Below are positions 39,841 to 49,462 of a stretch of 64,000 nt of DNA, in pieces (position 1 is the first letter of the stretch; every line of letters begins with the position of its first letter). The notes under the pieces were generated by a model that was not told the DNA's origin, did no database searches, and saw only the letters and a program-made list of their open reading frames with translations. Source of the stretch: an uncultured Phycisphaerales bacterium. GTDB lineage: Bacteria; Planctomycetota; Phycisphaerae; Tepidisphaerales; Tepidisphaeraceae. Both the position numbers and the translations under genes were made by a program. The stretch is from positions 192,001-256,000 of the forward strand of contig CAVWVQ010000002.1 in assembly GCA_963758525.1 (NCBI GenBank). The letters run 5' to 3'.

Positions 39841-39993
39841 AGCACGATCGCCACAACCCTCCCGAAGGACGGGGCGAGGGGGTGATGCAACGGCCTCTAA
39901 GCAGGTGGCAACCCCGTTAGCAGGTTCTGAAACGGCCTCAAAACGATGTTCAGAAGTACCTGATGGCGCCAGCTTATTGAGACAGTCTCACCG

Positions 39994-41256
39994 ATGCCCC
40001 GCACTCGTAAGCCGCAAGTCACTGTTACCAACAACCGTCCGCGCGTGGATCTGCCGTGGCCGCGTCAGCGCATTCTTGCCGCGGCGCTGCTGTTCATGTG
40101 GCTCGTATTGATCGTCTGGGGGTACGGATCGCTCCAGCATGACGGAGTCATGGTCAGCGGCGAGGAGTTGGCGCCGACGCGAGGCGCCTTCCTGGCCGTC
40201 AACGCCGCGACACTCACCGGTTTTCAGCAGTCGATCGGAATCAACGAATTTAACCCCGAGAACAGCCGCGGCGCCGTGACGGCGATAACGCTGGTCCTCT
40301 TCGGATCCTTCTTCGCGCAGACAGTCGGCGGCCTTGCCGTCGTGCGCGCGCTGCGGCTGAATTACTCGGTCTGGCAGGTCGTCGGGTCGGCGATTCTCTT
40401 TCAGTTCCTGGCCTCGATGGCGGGAGCCGCGGCAATTATCGGTCACGGGCGCACCCTCTTTGACGCCGTCTTTCAAGCCGCCGCCGCATTCGCGAATTGC
40501 GGCCTGGCAACGGGCCGTCTGAGCGGGGTTCGCGACGGAGCGACATACGTTCTGCTTCTCCTGGCGGTGCTCGGCGGGATGGGATTGCCGGTGCTGATGG
40601 AGCTGTATGACTCGCTCTGGGGTCTGCGGTCGCTTTCCACTCACACGCGTTGCGTGGTGCGCTGCATCTCGGCCGTCTACCTGCTCGGGTTCGCCGCCCT
40701 GCTTCTGCTGCAATGGCCCACTGAAGGCGCCAAGACATGGGCGCCCTGGCAACAGGCAATCGCCAGCAGCAGCATCGAAGCGCTCAACACACGCTCGGCG
40801 GGCATGCACTTTGAGATGATCGGCGTCCTCCCGCGCGCTGCGCAATGGCTGCTGATCGTCTTGATGGCAGTCGGGGCAAGCTCAGCAGGCACGGGCGGCG
40901 GAATCAAGTCGACAACGATCGTCCAACTGTGGCGGGGAACGTCTGACGCGCTGCGCGGCAGGCCCGTCAGCCGCGCATTTGGAATTGCCATCGTCTGGCT
41001 GTGCGTTTACGGCACGCTCGTGCTGCTGGGATTGCTGACGCTCCTGTCGCTGAATACCGAAATCGCCGCCGATCAGATGCTGTTCATCACGGTCAGCGCG
41101 ATCAGCAACGTCGGGCTGTCGCACAACCCGATCGCGGTGACCGGGGCAACGATGCAGACACTCACCGCGCTAATGCTCCTGGGCCGGCTGGCGCCGCTGG
41201 GCATTCTGTGGTGGATGGCGGAGACAACGGAGAACGCCGATCTTGCGGTGGGGTGA
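39994..41256 (+). CDS. TrkH/KtrB-family K+ uptake membrane protein
   Basis: AF.NCG, NTRSAG, S.GTGGGIK.TT, SA.SNVGLS, LLGR pore motifs. Confidence 0.82.
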   Translation: MPRTRKPQVTVTNNRPRVDLPWPRQRILAAALLFMWLVLIVWGYGSLQHDGVMVSGEELAPTRGAFLAVNAATLTGFQQSIGINEFNPENSRGAVTAITLVLFGSFFAQTVGGLAVVRALRLNYSVWQVVGSAILFQFLASMAGAAAIIGHGRTLFDAVFQAAAAFANCGLATGRLSGVRDGATYVLLLLAVLGGMGLPVLMELYDSLWGLRSLSTHTRCVVRCISAVYLLGFAALLLLQWPTEGAKTWAPWQQAIASSSIEALNTRSAGMHFEMIGVLPRAAQWLLIVLMAVGASSAGTGGGIKSTTIVQLWRGTSDALRGRPVSRAFGIAIVWLCVYGTLVLLGLLTLLSLNTEIAADQMLFITVSAISNVGLSHNPIAVTGATMQTLTALMLLGRLAPLGILWWMAETTENADLAVG

Positions 41257-41284
41257 GCCGTGATTAACCCCCTCGCGCCGGAAC

Positions 41285-41794
41285 CTACTTCTCCCTTGCC
41301 ACCTTGCGACGTTCGACGAACGGGCCTTTATGCGACTTCGCGTGGCGCGCCGACTCTTCCGCCTCGATCTGGCAGACCTTCTCCACGCGGCGATCGTGTC
41401 TCCCCGCGGAGAATGGCGTGGTCAAAAATATTTCCACGATCTGGCGCAGATGGTCTTCGCTCAACAGATCGCTTCCCAGGCACAAGACATTGCAATGATT
41501 GTGTTCGCGCGCCAGGCGGGCGGTGATTTCGTCGTGCACCAACGCGGCGCGCACCCCGCAGATTTTATTCGCCGCCAGCGACATGCCGATTCCGCTGCCG
41601 TCCAGAAGAATGGCGATGTCGGCTTTGCCCGCGACAACCGCTCGTGAAGCGACGGCGGCAAAGTCGGGGTAGTCGCACGACGCCGCGCTGTCGCAGCCAA
41701 AATCCTCGATCTCATGCCCCAGCTTTTTGAGGGTCGGCAGCAAGCGCCGTTTCGCCTCGAATCCGCGATGATCGGATGCCAATGCCAGCTTCAT
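41285..41794 (-). CDS. rpiB: Ribose-5-phosphate isomerase B
   Basis: ASDHRG, DYPD, GSGIGMS.AANK..GVRAA, AREHN.CNVL, GRH.RRV. Confidence 0.92.
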   Translation of the reverse strand: MKLALASDHRGFEAKRRLLPTLKKLGHEIEDFGCDSAASCDYPDFAAVASRAVVAGKADIAILLDGSGIGMSLAANKICGVRAALVHDEITARLAREHNHCNVLCLGSDLLSEDHLRQIVEIFLTTPFSAGRHDRRVEKVCQIEAEESARHAKSHKGPFVERRKVAREK

Positions 41795-41835
41795 CGATAC
41801 CAGCTCCTCAACGTACCCGCCTGCGCGGGCACGGA

Positions 41836-42957
41836 TTATTTTTTCAGCGTCTCCAGCAGCCGCGCCTCAATCAGTCCCTGCAGTTGACCGGCCAAACCCT
41901 GATACAGAAAGACATCGCCGCCGATCGGATCCTCAATATCCCCCTTTGGGTCCAGCGGTGCAACTTTTTCCGCCGCCGACGGAACCAGCGCAGTGACCTG
42001 GTGCGCGTGATTGCGGCTCATCGTATAAATCATGTCGGCCTGGTGAATCAGCTCGACAGTGAGCGGGCGCGAGCGATGGTTCGTCAGATCCGCCCCCAGC
42101 CCCTTCACGGCGGCAACTGCCTGTGGCGTGGCTCGGGCTCCGGGCATCGCGTAGCTGCCTGCCGATATCACGCTGATGCCGTTCTTTTCCAGATCGGGCT
42201 CCGCGACGGCGAGCTTCTCCGCCAGCAAATGCCGGGTGATGGCTTCCGCCATCGGCGATCGACAGGTATTGCCGCTGCAGACAAATAGAATAGTCGTCCT
42301 CATGAGCCGATCGATGATCCGTTCGTCATACACGCCGATTCGCACGGTCTGGTAGCCGCTCTCCAGCACCTTCAAGATCGTCGATGGCTTTGAATATTTT
42401 GTCGGCCCGGCGTCCAGGATCAGGTCTACCTTGTCAGTCAGGCTCTCCGCAGCGCCGGATTCTGACCATGACATCGTTCCGCCGAGTGGACTTGCGGTGA
42501 GCGCGACCGGTCCGGTGACAGCCCCCAGCACGTCGGTGGCGACGACATGCTCCGGGCACCGTAGCGTAATCCCCGCGTCGTCATACAACGCCGATTCCGG
42601 AACCCCCAGCGAGTTGGCGACTTCCGCGCGTCGGGCGGGCGGAACGTCGAAAACGAGCCCCACCGGTCCAGGCCACAGCTTCCGCACCATGCGCTGTCCA
42701 AACTCGCCGACTTTCCCCACATACGCAAACGCGTCTTCCGGGCGGGCCAGGTGAATCGTAAAGGGCCGGCTGGCGTCCCCGCCCCGCAGGGCGGTCAAGC
42801 GCGCGCGAGCTCCTTCATGAGTGAGCAAGCCAGCCGCGCCGTAGACCGTTTCAGTAGGCAGAATTGCGATTCCACCGGAACTGATCAGGTCGGCGCCGCG
42901 ACCCACATGCGCGTTGTAGTCCCCGGCCGAGAAAATGGAGATGATTGGCACCGACAT
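41836..42957 (-). CDS. Sua5/YrdC(TsaC)-like domain fused to a low-molecular-weight protein Tyr/Arg phosphatase
   Basis: PTETVYG, WPGP, PSTI; then LFVCSGNTCRSPMAE..SAG..DI.DPIGG. Confidence 0.88.
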   Translation of the reverse strand: MSVPIISIFSAGDYNAHVGRGADLISSGGIAILPTETVYGAAGLLTHEGARARLTALRGGDASRPFTIHLARPEDAFAYVGKVGEFGQRMVRKLWPGPVGLVFDVPPARRAEVANSLGVPESALYDDAGITLRCPEHVVATDVLGAVTGPVALTASPLGGTMSWSESGAAESLTDKVDLILDAGPTKYSKPSTILKVLESGYQTVRIGVYDERIIDRLMRTTILFVCSGNTCRSPMAEAITRHLLAEKLAVAEPDLEKNGISVISAGSYAMPGARATPQAVAAVKGLGADLTNHRSRPLTVELIHQADMIYTMSRNHAHQVTALVPSAAEKVAPLDPKGDIEDPIGGDVFLYQGLAGQLQGLIEARLLETLKK

Positions 42958-43029
42958 GATCACCGGATCATATAAGAGGCGAGGCGCCGCAAGCTGTCAA
43001 GAATGGAAAGATTGTGACGAATTGCACAG

Positions 43030-45036
43030 TTACTGGCTGAGCGGGTCTTCCGGATATTTCTCCTTCAGCCGCCGGTGCAACGCAAGGCTCTTCGCAGGGT
43101 CTGTTGACGCGAGAAGCCGACTGGCTCGATCGAGCAGTTGCGGAGCATACGATGAGCTCGGAACCGCCGAGGCAAAGGCCTCGGCGACTTTCGCGGCGGC
43201 GCCCGTGTCACCCTTGATTTCCATCAGCCGGGTCCGCAGCAGCACGCTGTATCCGCCCAGGAAATCGGCGGGAAACGCCGCCTGCCACTGTTCCCATGCC
43301 GCTTCGCCCGCCGCCCAGTCTTTCTCCGTGACGTAATACTCGATCGTCCGCGCAAACGCGCCGCTGAGAGCAACGTGGTGCTCCCATTGGGCACTGAGCG
43401 GCAGCGACGCCAGAAGTTTTGCGCCCTCATCGGCTTTCTGATCGAGAATCAGCGCCTGGGCATCAATTCTTTTAATCCGCACATCGCCGCCACGCGCCAG
43501 CGGCTGCAGCAGCCGGTCGGCGGCGGCAAAATCGCCGATGCGCCAGACCAGCAGCTCGGCCAGCTCCATCGTCGCACGGTCGTGCAAATTGGATCGCTCT
43601 GGCACGCTCTCCCAACAATGCACCACCGCGTCACTGCGCCCCGCTGCGATGCCTTCACGCGTGGCCTCGTCCAGCGCACCGAAGGCGCGATCGACATTCT
43701 CGTGCGTCTGGAGCGAAGCAAGACGACTGGCTGCCGCCAGCATCGGATCGATCATCCCTGCCCGCTGGAACAGATAGACTGCCCGGCAGAGCGACTGCTC
43801 GGGCAGCTTCGAAAAATCATCCCGCGCCGCGATGTTCGCATGCACAGCCACCGGCTCCGCCGGCGGATGATCGATCTGCTCCCACAGCCGCCCCACTCCG
43901 AACTCAGTTGTCTGCGAATCGGCGAGAATGCCCGATTGCACGGTCACCTTAACCGAATAAATTCCAAGGGTCAGATAGACGTGATCCACCATCAATCCGC
44001 TGGCGGTCTGACCGTCACCAAAGTCCCAGTCATATTCCGCGCCGCTGCCGTACTCGTGAGCGGTGAATTTGTAGTGGTATGAGTAGTCGCCGGCAAAAAA
44101 TGTTTCTCCCATGTACTGGGAAAGAAAGTCCGCCGTCAACGGCTGGCGGTTCTCCTGCAGCGGCTCGGCGACGGACGTGTGGAACGGAGCAATCTCCTGC
44201 CGGCCGATCCGCTGGAAAATATGGCTGTTGGGCGTCTTCCACGCCGCCAGAAACAACCCGTCGGCCCCGGTGTTGACGTGATAAATCAGCAAATCGTGCG
44301 GCCCTCGCGACAAAGTGATCGACCCATGATTGCGCGTATCGGCTGGCCCGATCGCCGCATAGACCACCGGCTTGCCATCGAGGAACAGAGCCGCAAAATT
44401 GTCCGCCCATAGCGAAACCACATACTGCCCGTCGACGGGAGCAAAGACAGACCCGCTGATGCGCGACACCGTCCGATCCTCGGCGCCAAACGGATTAAAC
44501 CCGATGGCCGCCTCGGGAATGAGCGTCTCCCCGATCACCTTTCCGCCTCGATCCCAGGCATCGGCCAACCGATTGAAGTTGTTGAGAGGCCCGGCATAGT
44601 CGAGTTGCTTCATCTCCAGATGCAGCCCGCAGTCGAACTTCAGGTCCCCCGGACCCGGTTGCGGCCGAGCCGGCACAGGGTCGCCAAAGTAGGCGAAATA
44701 TTTTTTGATCGGCCGTTTCAACGAAAACACCACGCGGGCGCGGTCGCCAGGGCCCATCATCAGCACGTGGGAGGCGACGAACGTGCCGTCTTCAGTCGTC
44801 ATGCAAATGTCGCTGCCGTCCGCTTTGGAGTGGCCCGCCGTGTAGAAATCCGCCACCGCCAGCGAGGTCGGCGGACTTTGCCCCGGCTCCCAATTTGCGT
44901 CAATCTGCCGGCGAAACTGCCAATCCGCGCGGACGGATGGCACAAGTGCGAAGAGCAGGAAAAATGCGATTTCCAATAAGGTGCCGACCCATCGCAGGTT
45001 GGTCCGATGCTTCTTTCCCGTCCGCGCCGCCAGCAC
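43030..45036 (-). CDS. Secreted multidomain protein (PA14-like, PKD and helical/TPR-like domains); start uncertain
   Basis: Signal FFLLFALVPSVRA; GQY......LFLDGK; YDWDFGDG..H.Y...G.Y.V; ends LKEKYPEDP. Confidence 0.65.
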   Translation of the reverse strand: MLAARTGKKHRTNLRWVGTLLEIAFFLLFALVPSVRADWQFRRQIDANWEPGQSPPTSLAVADFYTAGHSKADGSDICMTTEDGTFVASHVLMMGPGDRARVVFSLKRPIKKYFAYFGDPVPARPQPGPGDLKFDCGLHLEMKQLDYAGPLNNFNRLADAWDRGGKVIGETLIPEAAIGFNPFGAEDRTVSRISGSVFAPVDGQYVVSLWADNFAALFLDGKPVVYAAIGPADTRNHGSITLSRGPHDLLIYHVNTGADGLFLAAWKTPNSHIFQRIGRQEIAPFHTSVAEPLQENRQPLTADFLSQYMGETFFAGDYSYHYKFTAHEYGSGAEYDWDFGDGQTASGLMVDHVYLTLGIYSVKVTVQSGILADSQTTEFGVGRLWEQIDHPPAEPVAVHANIAARDDFSKLPEQSLCRAVYLFQRAGMIDPMLAAASRLASLQTHENVDRAFGALDEATREGIAAGRSDAVVHCWESVPERSNLHDRATMELAELLVWRIGDFAAADRLLQPLARGGDVRIKRIDAQALILDQKADEGAKLLASLPLSAQWEHHVALSGAFARTIEYYVTEKDWAAGEAAWEQWQAAFPADFLGGYSVLLRTRLMEIKGDTGAAAKVAEAFASAVPSSSYAPQLLDRASRLLASTDPAKSLALHRRLKEKYPEDPLSQ

Positions 45037-45158
45037 GGGGTGGACGCCGGTGCCGCAGGTGGCACGCGCGCCAGGGGGGCGCGAAACAGTGCGCAACGCG
45101 CACGGGCATTGGTCAGTTGCGTTCGCGTTGTGAATCGGTTTATCTCCAGCCATCACAG

Positions 45159-45752
45159 ATGTTGCCCGCATACATTCTACCCAAGGCAATCCTCTTCGAC
45201 ATGGACGGCACGCTGACGCGGCCGCTGCTGGATTTCCCGCGGATCAAATCGGAGATGGGCATCGGCAATCGCCCGATCCTCGAAGCGCTGGCACAGATGG
45301 GGCCGGCGGAACGGCGCGCTGCGCAGAGCGTGCTCGATCGCCATGAGGAAGAGGCCGCCGAGCGATCGACACTCAATGAAGGCTGTCACGAGTTGCTCGG
45401 CTGGCTCGCCGCGCGCGACATCAATACCGCACTCATCACACGCAACAGCCGTCAGAGCACGCAAACCGTTTTGCGACGGCACGGGCTGCAACTGAAGATC
45501 TGCATCACGCGCGATGATGCTCCGTTCAAGCCTGATCCCGCGCCGCTGCGGCTCGCCTGCCAGCGGCTTGAAACGTCCGAACAGGATGCGTGGATGGTCG
45601 GCGACGGCGTCTATGATATTGAGGCGGGCGTGGCCGCGGGGATGCAGACGGTCTGGATCAGCCATGGCAGGGAGCGGGGCTTTTCAGCGCAACCCTGGCG
45701 GGAGGTCGTTGACTTGCCCGCCCTGCTGCGCATGCTGGAATCGGCTCGCTGA
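45159..45752 (+). CDS. HAD-family hydrolase
   Basis: FDMDGTL, TRN, KPDP, MVGD..YDI.AG. Confidence 0.9.
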   Translation: MLPAYILPKAILFDMDGTLTRPLLDFPRIKSEMGIGNRPILEALAQMGPAERRAAQSVLDRHEEEAAERSTLNEGCHELLGWLAARDINTALITRNSRQSTQTVLRRHGLQLKICITRDDAPFKPDPAPLRLACQRLETSEQDAWMVGDGVYDIEAGVAAGMQTVWISHGRERGFSAQPWREVVDLPALLRMLESAR

Positions 45753-45801
45753 TTCGCGTCGCTCACCTTGGGCAGCGCGGCGTGTCTGATGAGGGACCAC
45801 C

Positions 45802-46572
45802 ATGATGACCGCACGCACGATTCTTGCGCTGGCTTTTGCCACATTCGTCGCCGCAGCCGCGCTGCGCGCGGAAGAAGCGCCGCTCCCGCCGGACGCTTCG
45901 GTCGACACGATTCTCGAAGCGATGAATCAGCGCGGCAGGCCCCCCGCGGAGTTTGTCGCGAAATTGAGCGACACGACGGGAGATCCCGCGCTTGGAAACG
46001 ACCAGACGCGGACCGGAATGATCTGGTTTTCCCGGCGCGATGCCGTGAGTCTCCGAGTGCATGTCGTGTTCGATAAACTGATCGTCGGCCACGTCATTCA
46101 AAATCAAAAGCGCGAGTACCTGCTCGACGGTGAGTGGCTGACCGACCGCAACTACGACACGAAGCTCGAAGCAAAACACCAGGTGCTTCGGCCAGGCGAA
46201 AAGAAGGACCTTATCAAGCTGGGCGCGGGTCCGTTCCCTTTGCCGATCGGACAGGCCAAGGAGGACGTGAAGAAGGCGTTTGACGTAACGAAGGTCGCGG
46301 CGGCGAAAGGTGATCCTGCGGGAGCCATCCACCTCACGCTCACGCCAAAGGCCGGCACCGATCTGGCGAAGAAGTTTTCATCCATCGACGTGTGGGTTGA
46401 CCTGAAATCGCACATGCCGGTGGTGATCGACACGGTTTCCGGCAGCGACGAACACCGGATCGAGTTGAAGGACATTCAGGTCAATCCAAGCCCCCCGCTG
46501 GGAAACAAGGATTTCACGCTGCCTGAGGTCGATCCCTCGTGGAATTTGAAGACCGACACGTACGGGGGCTGA
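45802..46572 (+). CDS. LolA-like periplasmic protein
   Basis: Signal peptide; DGEWL, FPLPIGQ, L.LTPK, VWVD....P, F.LP. Confidence 0.65.
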   Translation: MMTARTILALAFATFVAAAALRAEEAPLPPDASVDTILEAMNQRGRPPAEFVAKLSDTTGDPALGNDQTRTGMIWFSRRDAVSLRVHVVFDKLIVGHVIQNQKREYLLDGEWLTDRNYDTKLEAKHQVLRPGEKKDLIKLGAGPFPLPIGQAKEDVKKAFDVTKVAAAKGDPAGAIHLTLTPKAGTDLAKKFSSIDVWVDLKSHMPVVIDTVSGSDEHRIELKDIQVNPSPPLGNKDFTLPEVDPSWNLKTDTYGG

Positions 46573-46576
46573 AAAT

Positions 46577-46599
46577 CACAGCCGGGACGGCCGTGCTAC
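46577..46599. repeat. REP family B, single copy
   Basis: CACAGCCGGGACGGCCGTGCTAC. Confidence 0.7.
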
Positions 46600-46632
46600 C
46601 GGAAAATCACCCTTTGGCGCGGACGCGTGCTT

Positions 46633-48186
46633 TTAAACCTGCTCGGCCAGCGCCGCGGCGACGCGGCGCGTGACGCCTTCCCAGTCTCCGATTGCGCTCT
46701 GGCGAAACAGCCTCATCGTCGGGTACCAAGGGCAATCATCGCGGTCGATCATCCAGCGCCAATCCGCCGAATACGGCAACATCACCCACACGGGCTTCCC
46801 CATCGCCCCGGCCAGATGCGCGACGGCGGAGTCGATCGTGATCACCAGGTCGAGATTCGCGATGATTGCCGCAGTGTCGGCAAAATCACCCATCTCTTCC
46901 GCGTGGTTAATCAGGTCCCAGCTCTTTGGTGCCGTGGAGAGTTCGGCGCGGCCATCGTCACGCTGCAAACTGTGGAATCGCACATTTGGCACGTCAAACA
47001 GCGGCCGGCATAGCGCAAGCGGGCATGAGCGATTGGGGTAGGGCATGCTTCTGCCGCACCAGACCAGCCCGAGATGACACACACCTTGGCCCGTTTGCAT
47101 TTGCCCGCGAAATCTCGCGACCCGATCCGGCGCGGCGGCGATGTACGGCACCGATTTTGGGATCGTCTCCAGCGTGGCTTCAAATTTGAGCGGGCAGCCG
47201 AGCAGTTGAAATTGCAGGTCAAACTGCGGCAACGGATCGCCCTTGGTCAATATCTCATGCACTCCGTCAACGGTCCTGAGAAGTTCCTTCAGCTCCGGCG
47301 GGCAGCCCAGAATGATGCGCACACCGCGATCGGCAAGCAGCCGTGCGTAGCGCACAAATTGAATGATGTCGCCGAATCCTCCCTCCGAATCGAGCAAAAT
47401 CGTGCGGCCGGCGGGGTCGGAGCCGTCCCAGATGGGTTGTGGAAACTGCTGGCGCTTATAGGGAAAATTCACGCACTGCCAGCGCCATTCATACTCTCGC
47501 CATCCCTGGGCGTAATCGCCAAGCGTCAGCAGCATCAGTGCCCGGTTCCAATGCGACTCAGGATTTTGCGGTGCGCGCGCCAGAACTTCCTCGTAGCAAG
47601 CAAGCGCTTCGTGCATTTGACCCGCGGCGTGCAGCGAATTGCCGAGCAGCGTCAGCAACGTCATGTCGCCGGGACGCTTCGTCAGCGCGGCACGCTCGAT
47701 CGCGATCGATTCGTCGAAACGAAATTCCCGATCGAGGGCCGCCACCAGGGCGGACATCGGCTCGGCCGTATCGTGTCCATGGCGGGCCATTTCATGAAAG
47801 ACGAGCATCGCGTCGTCCACTTGTCCTTGATCTGCCAGCAGTATCGTCAGATTCAAAAATGCGTCCGCCAGCGTGGGATCGAGTTCGATGCTCTTGCGGT
47901 AGCACTCGATCGCCCGCTGAAGCTGTCCCGCCCCGCGGCAGGCCGTTCCGAGGTTATTGCGGTACGCCGCGATCGTCGGGCAGGCTGCCACTGCGCTGCC
48001 GATCCATTGAATCGCCAGATCGTGTTTGCCCGCCTGATGTGCGATGACGCCAAGCAACTGCACCGCGTCTGGCCGTGCAGGCTCGCGCGCGAGCGCTTCG
48101 CGATAGCAAGCCTCCGCTTGCCCAAGTCTGCCGGCCTGGTGATGGGCCATCCCCTGGCTGATAATCTCGTTCACACTCTGGGGCAT
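46633..48186 (-). CDS. TPR protein with C-terminal glycosyltransferase family 9-like domain
   Basis: TPRs; GW.EYEWRW; E.GFGD.IQF.RY; DFADTAA....LDLVI.IDS.VAHLAGA; DWRW; PWYPTMRLFRQ. Confidence 0.9.
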   Translation of the reverse strand: MPQSVNEIISQGMAHHQAGRLGQAEACYREALAREPARPDAVQLLGVIAHQAGKHDLAIQWIGSAVAACPTIAAYRNNLGTACRGAGQLQRAIECYRKSIELDPTLADAFLNLTILLADQGQVDDAMLVFHEMARHGHDTAEPMSALVAALDREFRFDESIAIERAALTKRPGDMTLLTLLGNSLHAAGQMHEALACYEEVLARAPQNPESHWNRALMLLTLGDYAQGWREYEWRWQCVNFPYKRQQFPQPIWDGSDPAGRTILLDSEGGFGDIIQFVRYARLLADRGVRIILGCPPELKELLRTVDGVHEILTKGDPLPQFDLQFQLLGCPLKFEATLETIPKSVPYIAAAPDRVARFRGQMQTGQGVCHLGLVWCGRSMPYPNRSCPLALCRPLFDVPNVRFHSLQRDDGRAELSTAPKSWDLINHAEEMGDFADTAAIIANLDLVITIDSAVAHLAGAMGKPVWVMLPYSADWRWMIDRDDCPWYPTMRLFRQSAIGDWEGVTRRVAAALAEQV

Positions 48187-48314
48187 GCAGATGCGGGAAA
48201 AAGTTACTCACTTTTCAACTCTTTTGCGACTGAACGCTAAGTTGCCGGCTCCTGCGGAGGTCTCTGGGTTCTCGAAACCCGCCGCCATGAAAACAAAAAG
48301 GTAAGGAAGATCGC

Positions 48315-49298
48315 ATGCGCAAGTGGAGAGGGCAATTGAACCAGACTGTGTGTACCGCGGCGGCAATGGGGCTGATGGCGGCGTTCGCGCCCGCCAGTCG
48401 GGGCGATCTATCGTTGCCGAGCAGCGCTCCGGCCGACATCGTCTCGCCCGTGATGCTGGACAACACGATGGTCAATCCATCGGAGGCCCAGAAGCACCCC
48501 GACGCTGCTCAGCCACCTGGTGTCCTTGAAGGCGGCGACATCGTTCACCCCTGGGAACTTCAGCCGACGACCGTCGAAGGCCAAAAAGCGTTGCGCGAAG
48601 AGCAAACGGTCGGCAGTTACGGGCAGCCGGTCTGGACGGTCGATCGTCGATTTGCGGAAACCCGCGTTTACGTCCGCCCGGAGGGGTCGCTCGAATTCGA
48701 GTATTGGCTGATCCCCACCATCCCCCGCCGCGGCCCCACGGAAATTGACAGTCAGTTTGAATTGGAATTCGGGCTCCCTTATCGCATTCAGCTCGACCTG
48801 TATTTGACCAATGTCTACGAACGCAGCGGCGGCAAGACGTTTACGAACGGCTCCATCGAATTTCGCTACGCACTGGCCGACTGGAACAAGATCTGGGGCA
48901 ATCCGACGCTGTACATCGAATGGGAACACCAGGACGAGGGCCCCGACATTCTCGAATCCAAGATCCTTTTCGGCGGCGATGCCGCGCCTCGATGGCACTG
49001 GGGATGGGATCTCACCTTCGAACACGCCTTCGGCGATGACTACTACGATCAGTACGAAACCACTGCCGGCTTGAGCTACACGCTGGTTGACAACAAAGTC
49101 GATATCGGCGCCGAATTCAAGTTGCAGGAGGACACCTTCCACGACTCGCGCAGCCACTTTCACGACAACGTTCTGATCGGGCCGAGCATTCAATGGAGGC
49201 CGTCACAGCGCATGCACATCGACTTCACGCCATTCGTGGGGCTCACCCACGAGAGCGACGCGGCACAGATCTACGTGATCGTCGGCTGGGAGTTTTAG
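48315..49298 (+). CDS. Putative outer-membrane beta-barrel protein
   Basis: Signal peptide; amphipathic strands (E.EFGLP.R.QLDLY, WGNPTLY.EW); C-terminal GWEF. Confidence 0.7.
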   Translation: MRKWRGQLNQTVCTAAAMGLMAAFAPASRGDLSLPSSAPADIVSPVMLDNTMVNPSEAQKHPDAAQPPGVLEGGDIVHPWELQPTTVEGQKALREEQTVGSYGQPVWTVDRRFAETRVYVRPEGSLEFEYWLIPTIPRRGPTEIDSQFELEFGLPYRIQLDLYLTNVYERSGGKTFTNGSIEFRYALADWNKIWGNPTLYIEWEHQDEGPDILESKILFGGDAAPRWHWGWDLTFEHAFGDDYYDQYETTAGLSYTLVDNKVDIGAEFKLQEDTFHDSRSHFHDNVLIGPSIQWRPSQRMHIDFTPFVGLTHESDAAQIYVIVGWEF

Positions 49299-49462
49299 GT
49301 CTAAACGAACCTCCCGCGCCGCCCCAACCTCCATCGCATCGGTTCTCACGCATGTGATCAGTCAACTTTGTCGACCGAGCGCGGTATCGACAATACGGCT
49401 TGCACTCTGCGCCGCAGATGCTTATCTGATGCTTGTGCGGTTTCAAAAGCGTGGAGAATGAC

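Noticed and set aside
39845..39990. c-di-AMP (ydaO) or fluoride riboswitch upstream of the K+ transporter
   Set aside because: Only short partial motif similarity; the conserved architecture could not be built by eye. An Rfam/Infernal scan would settle it
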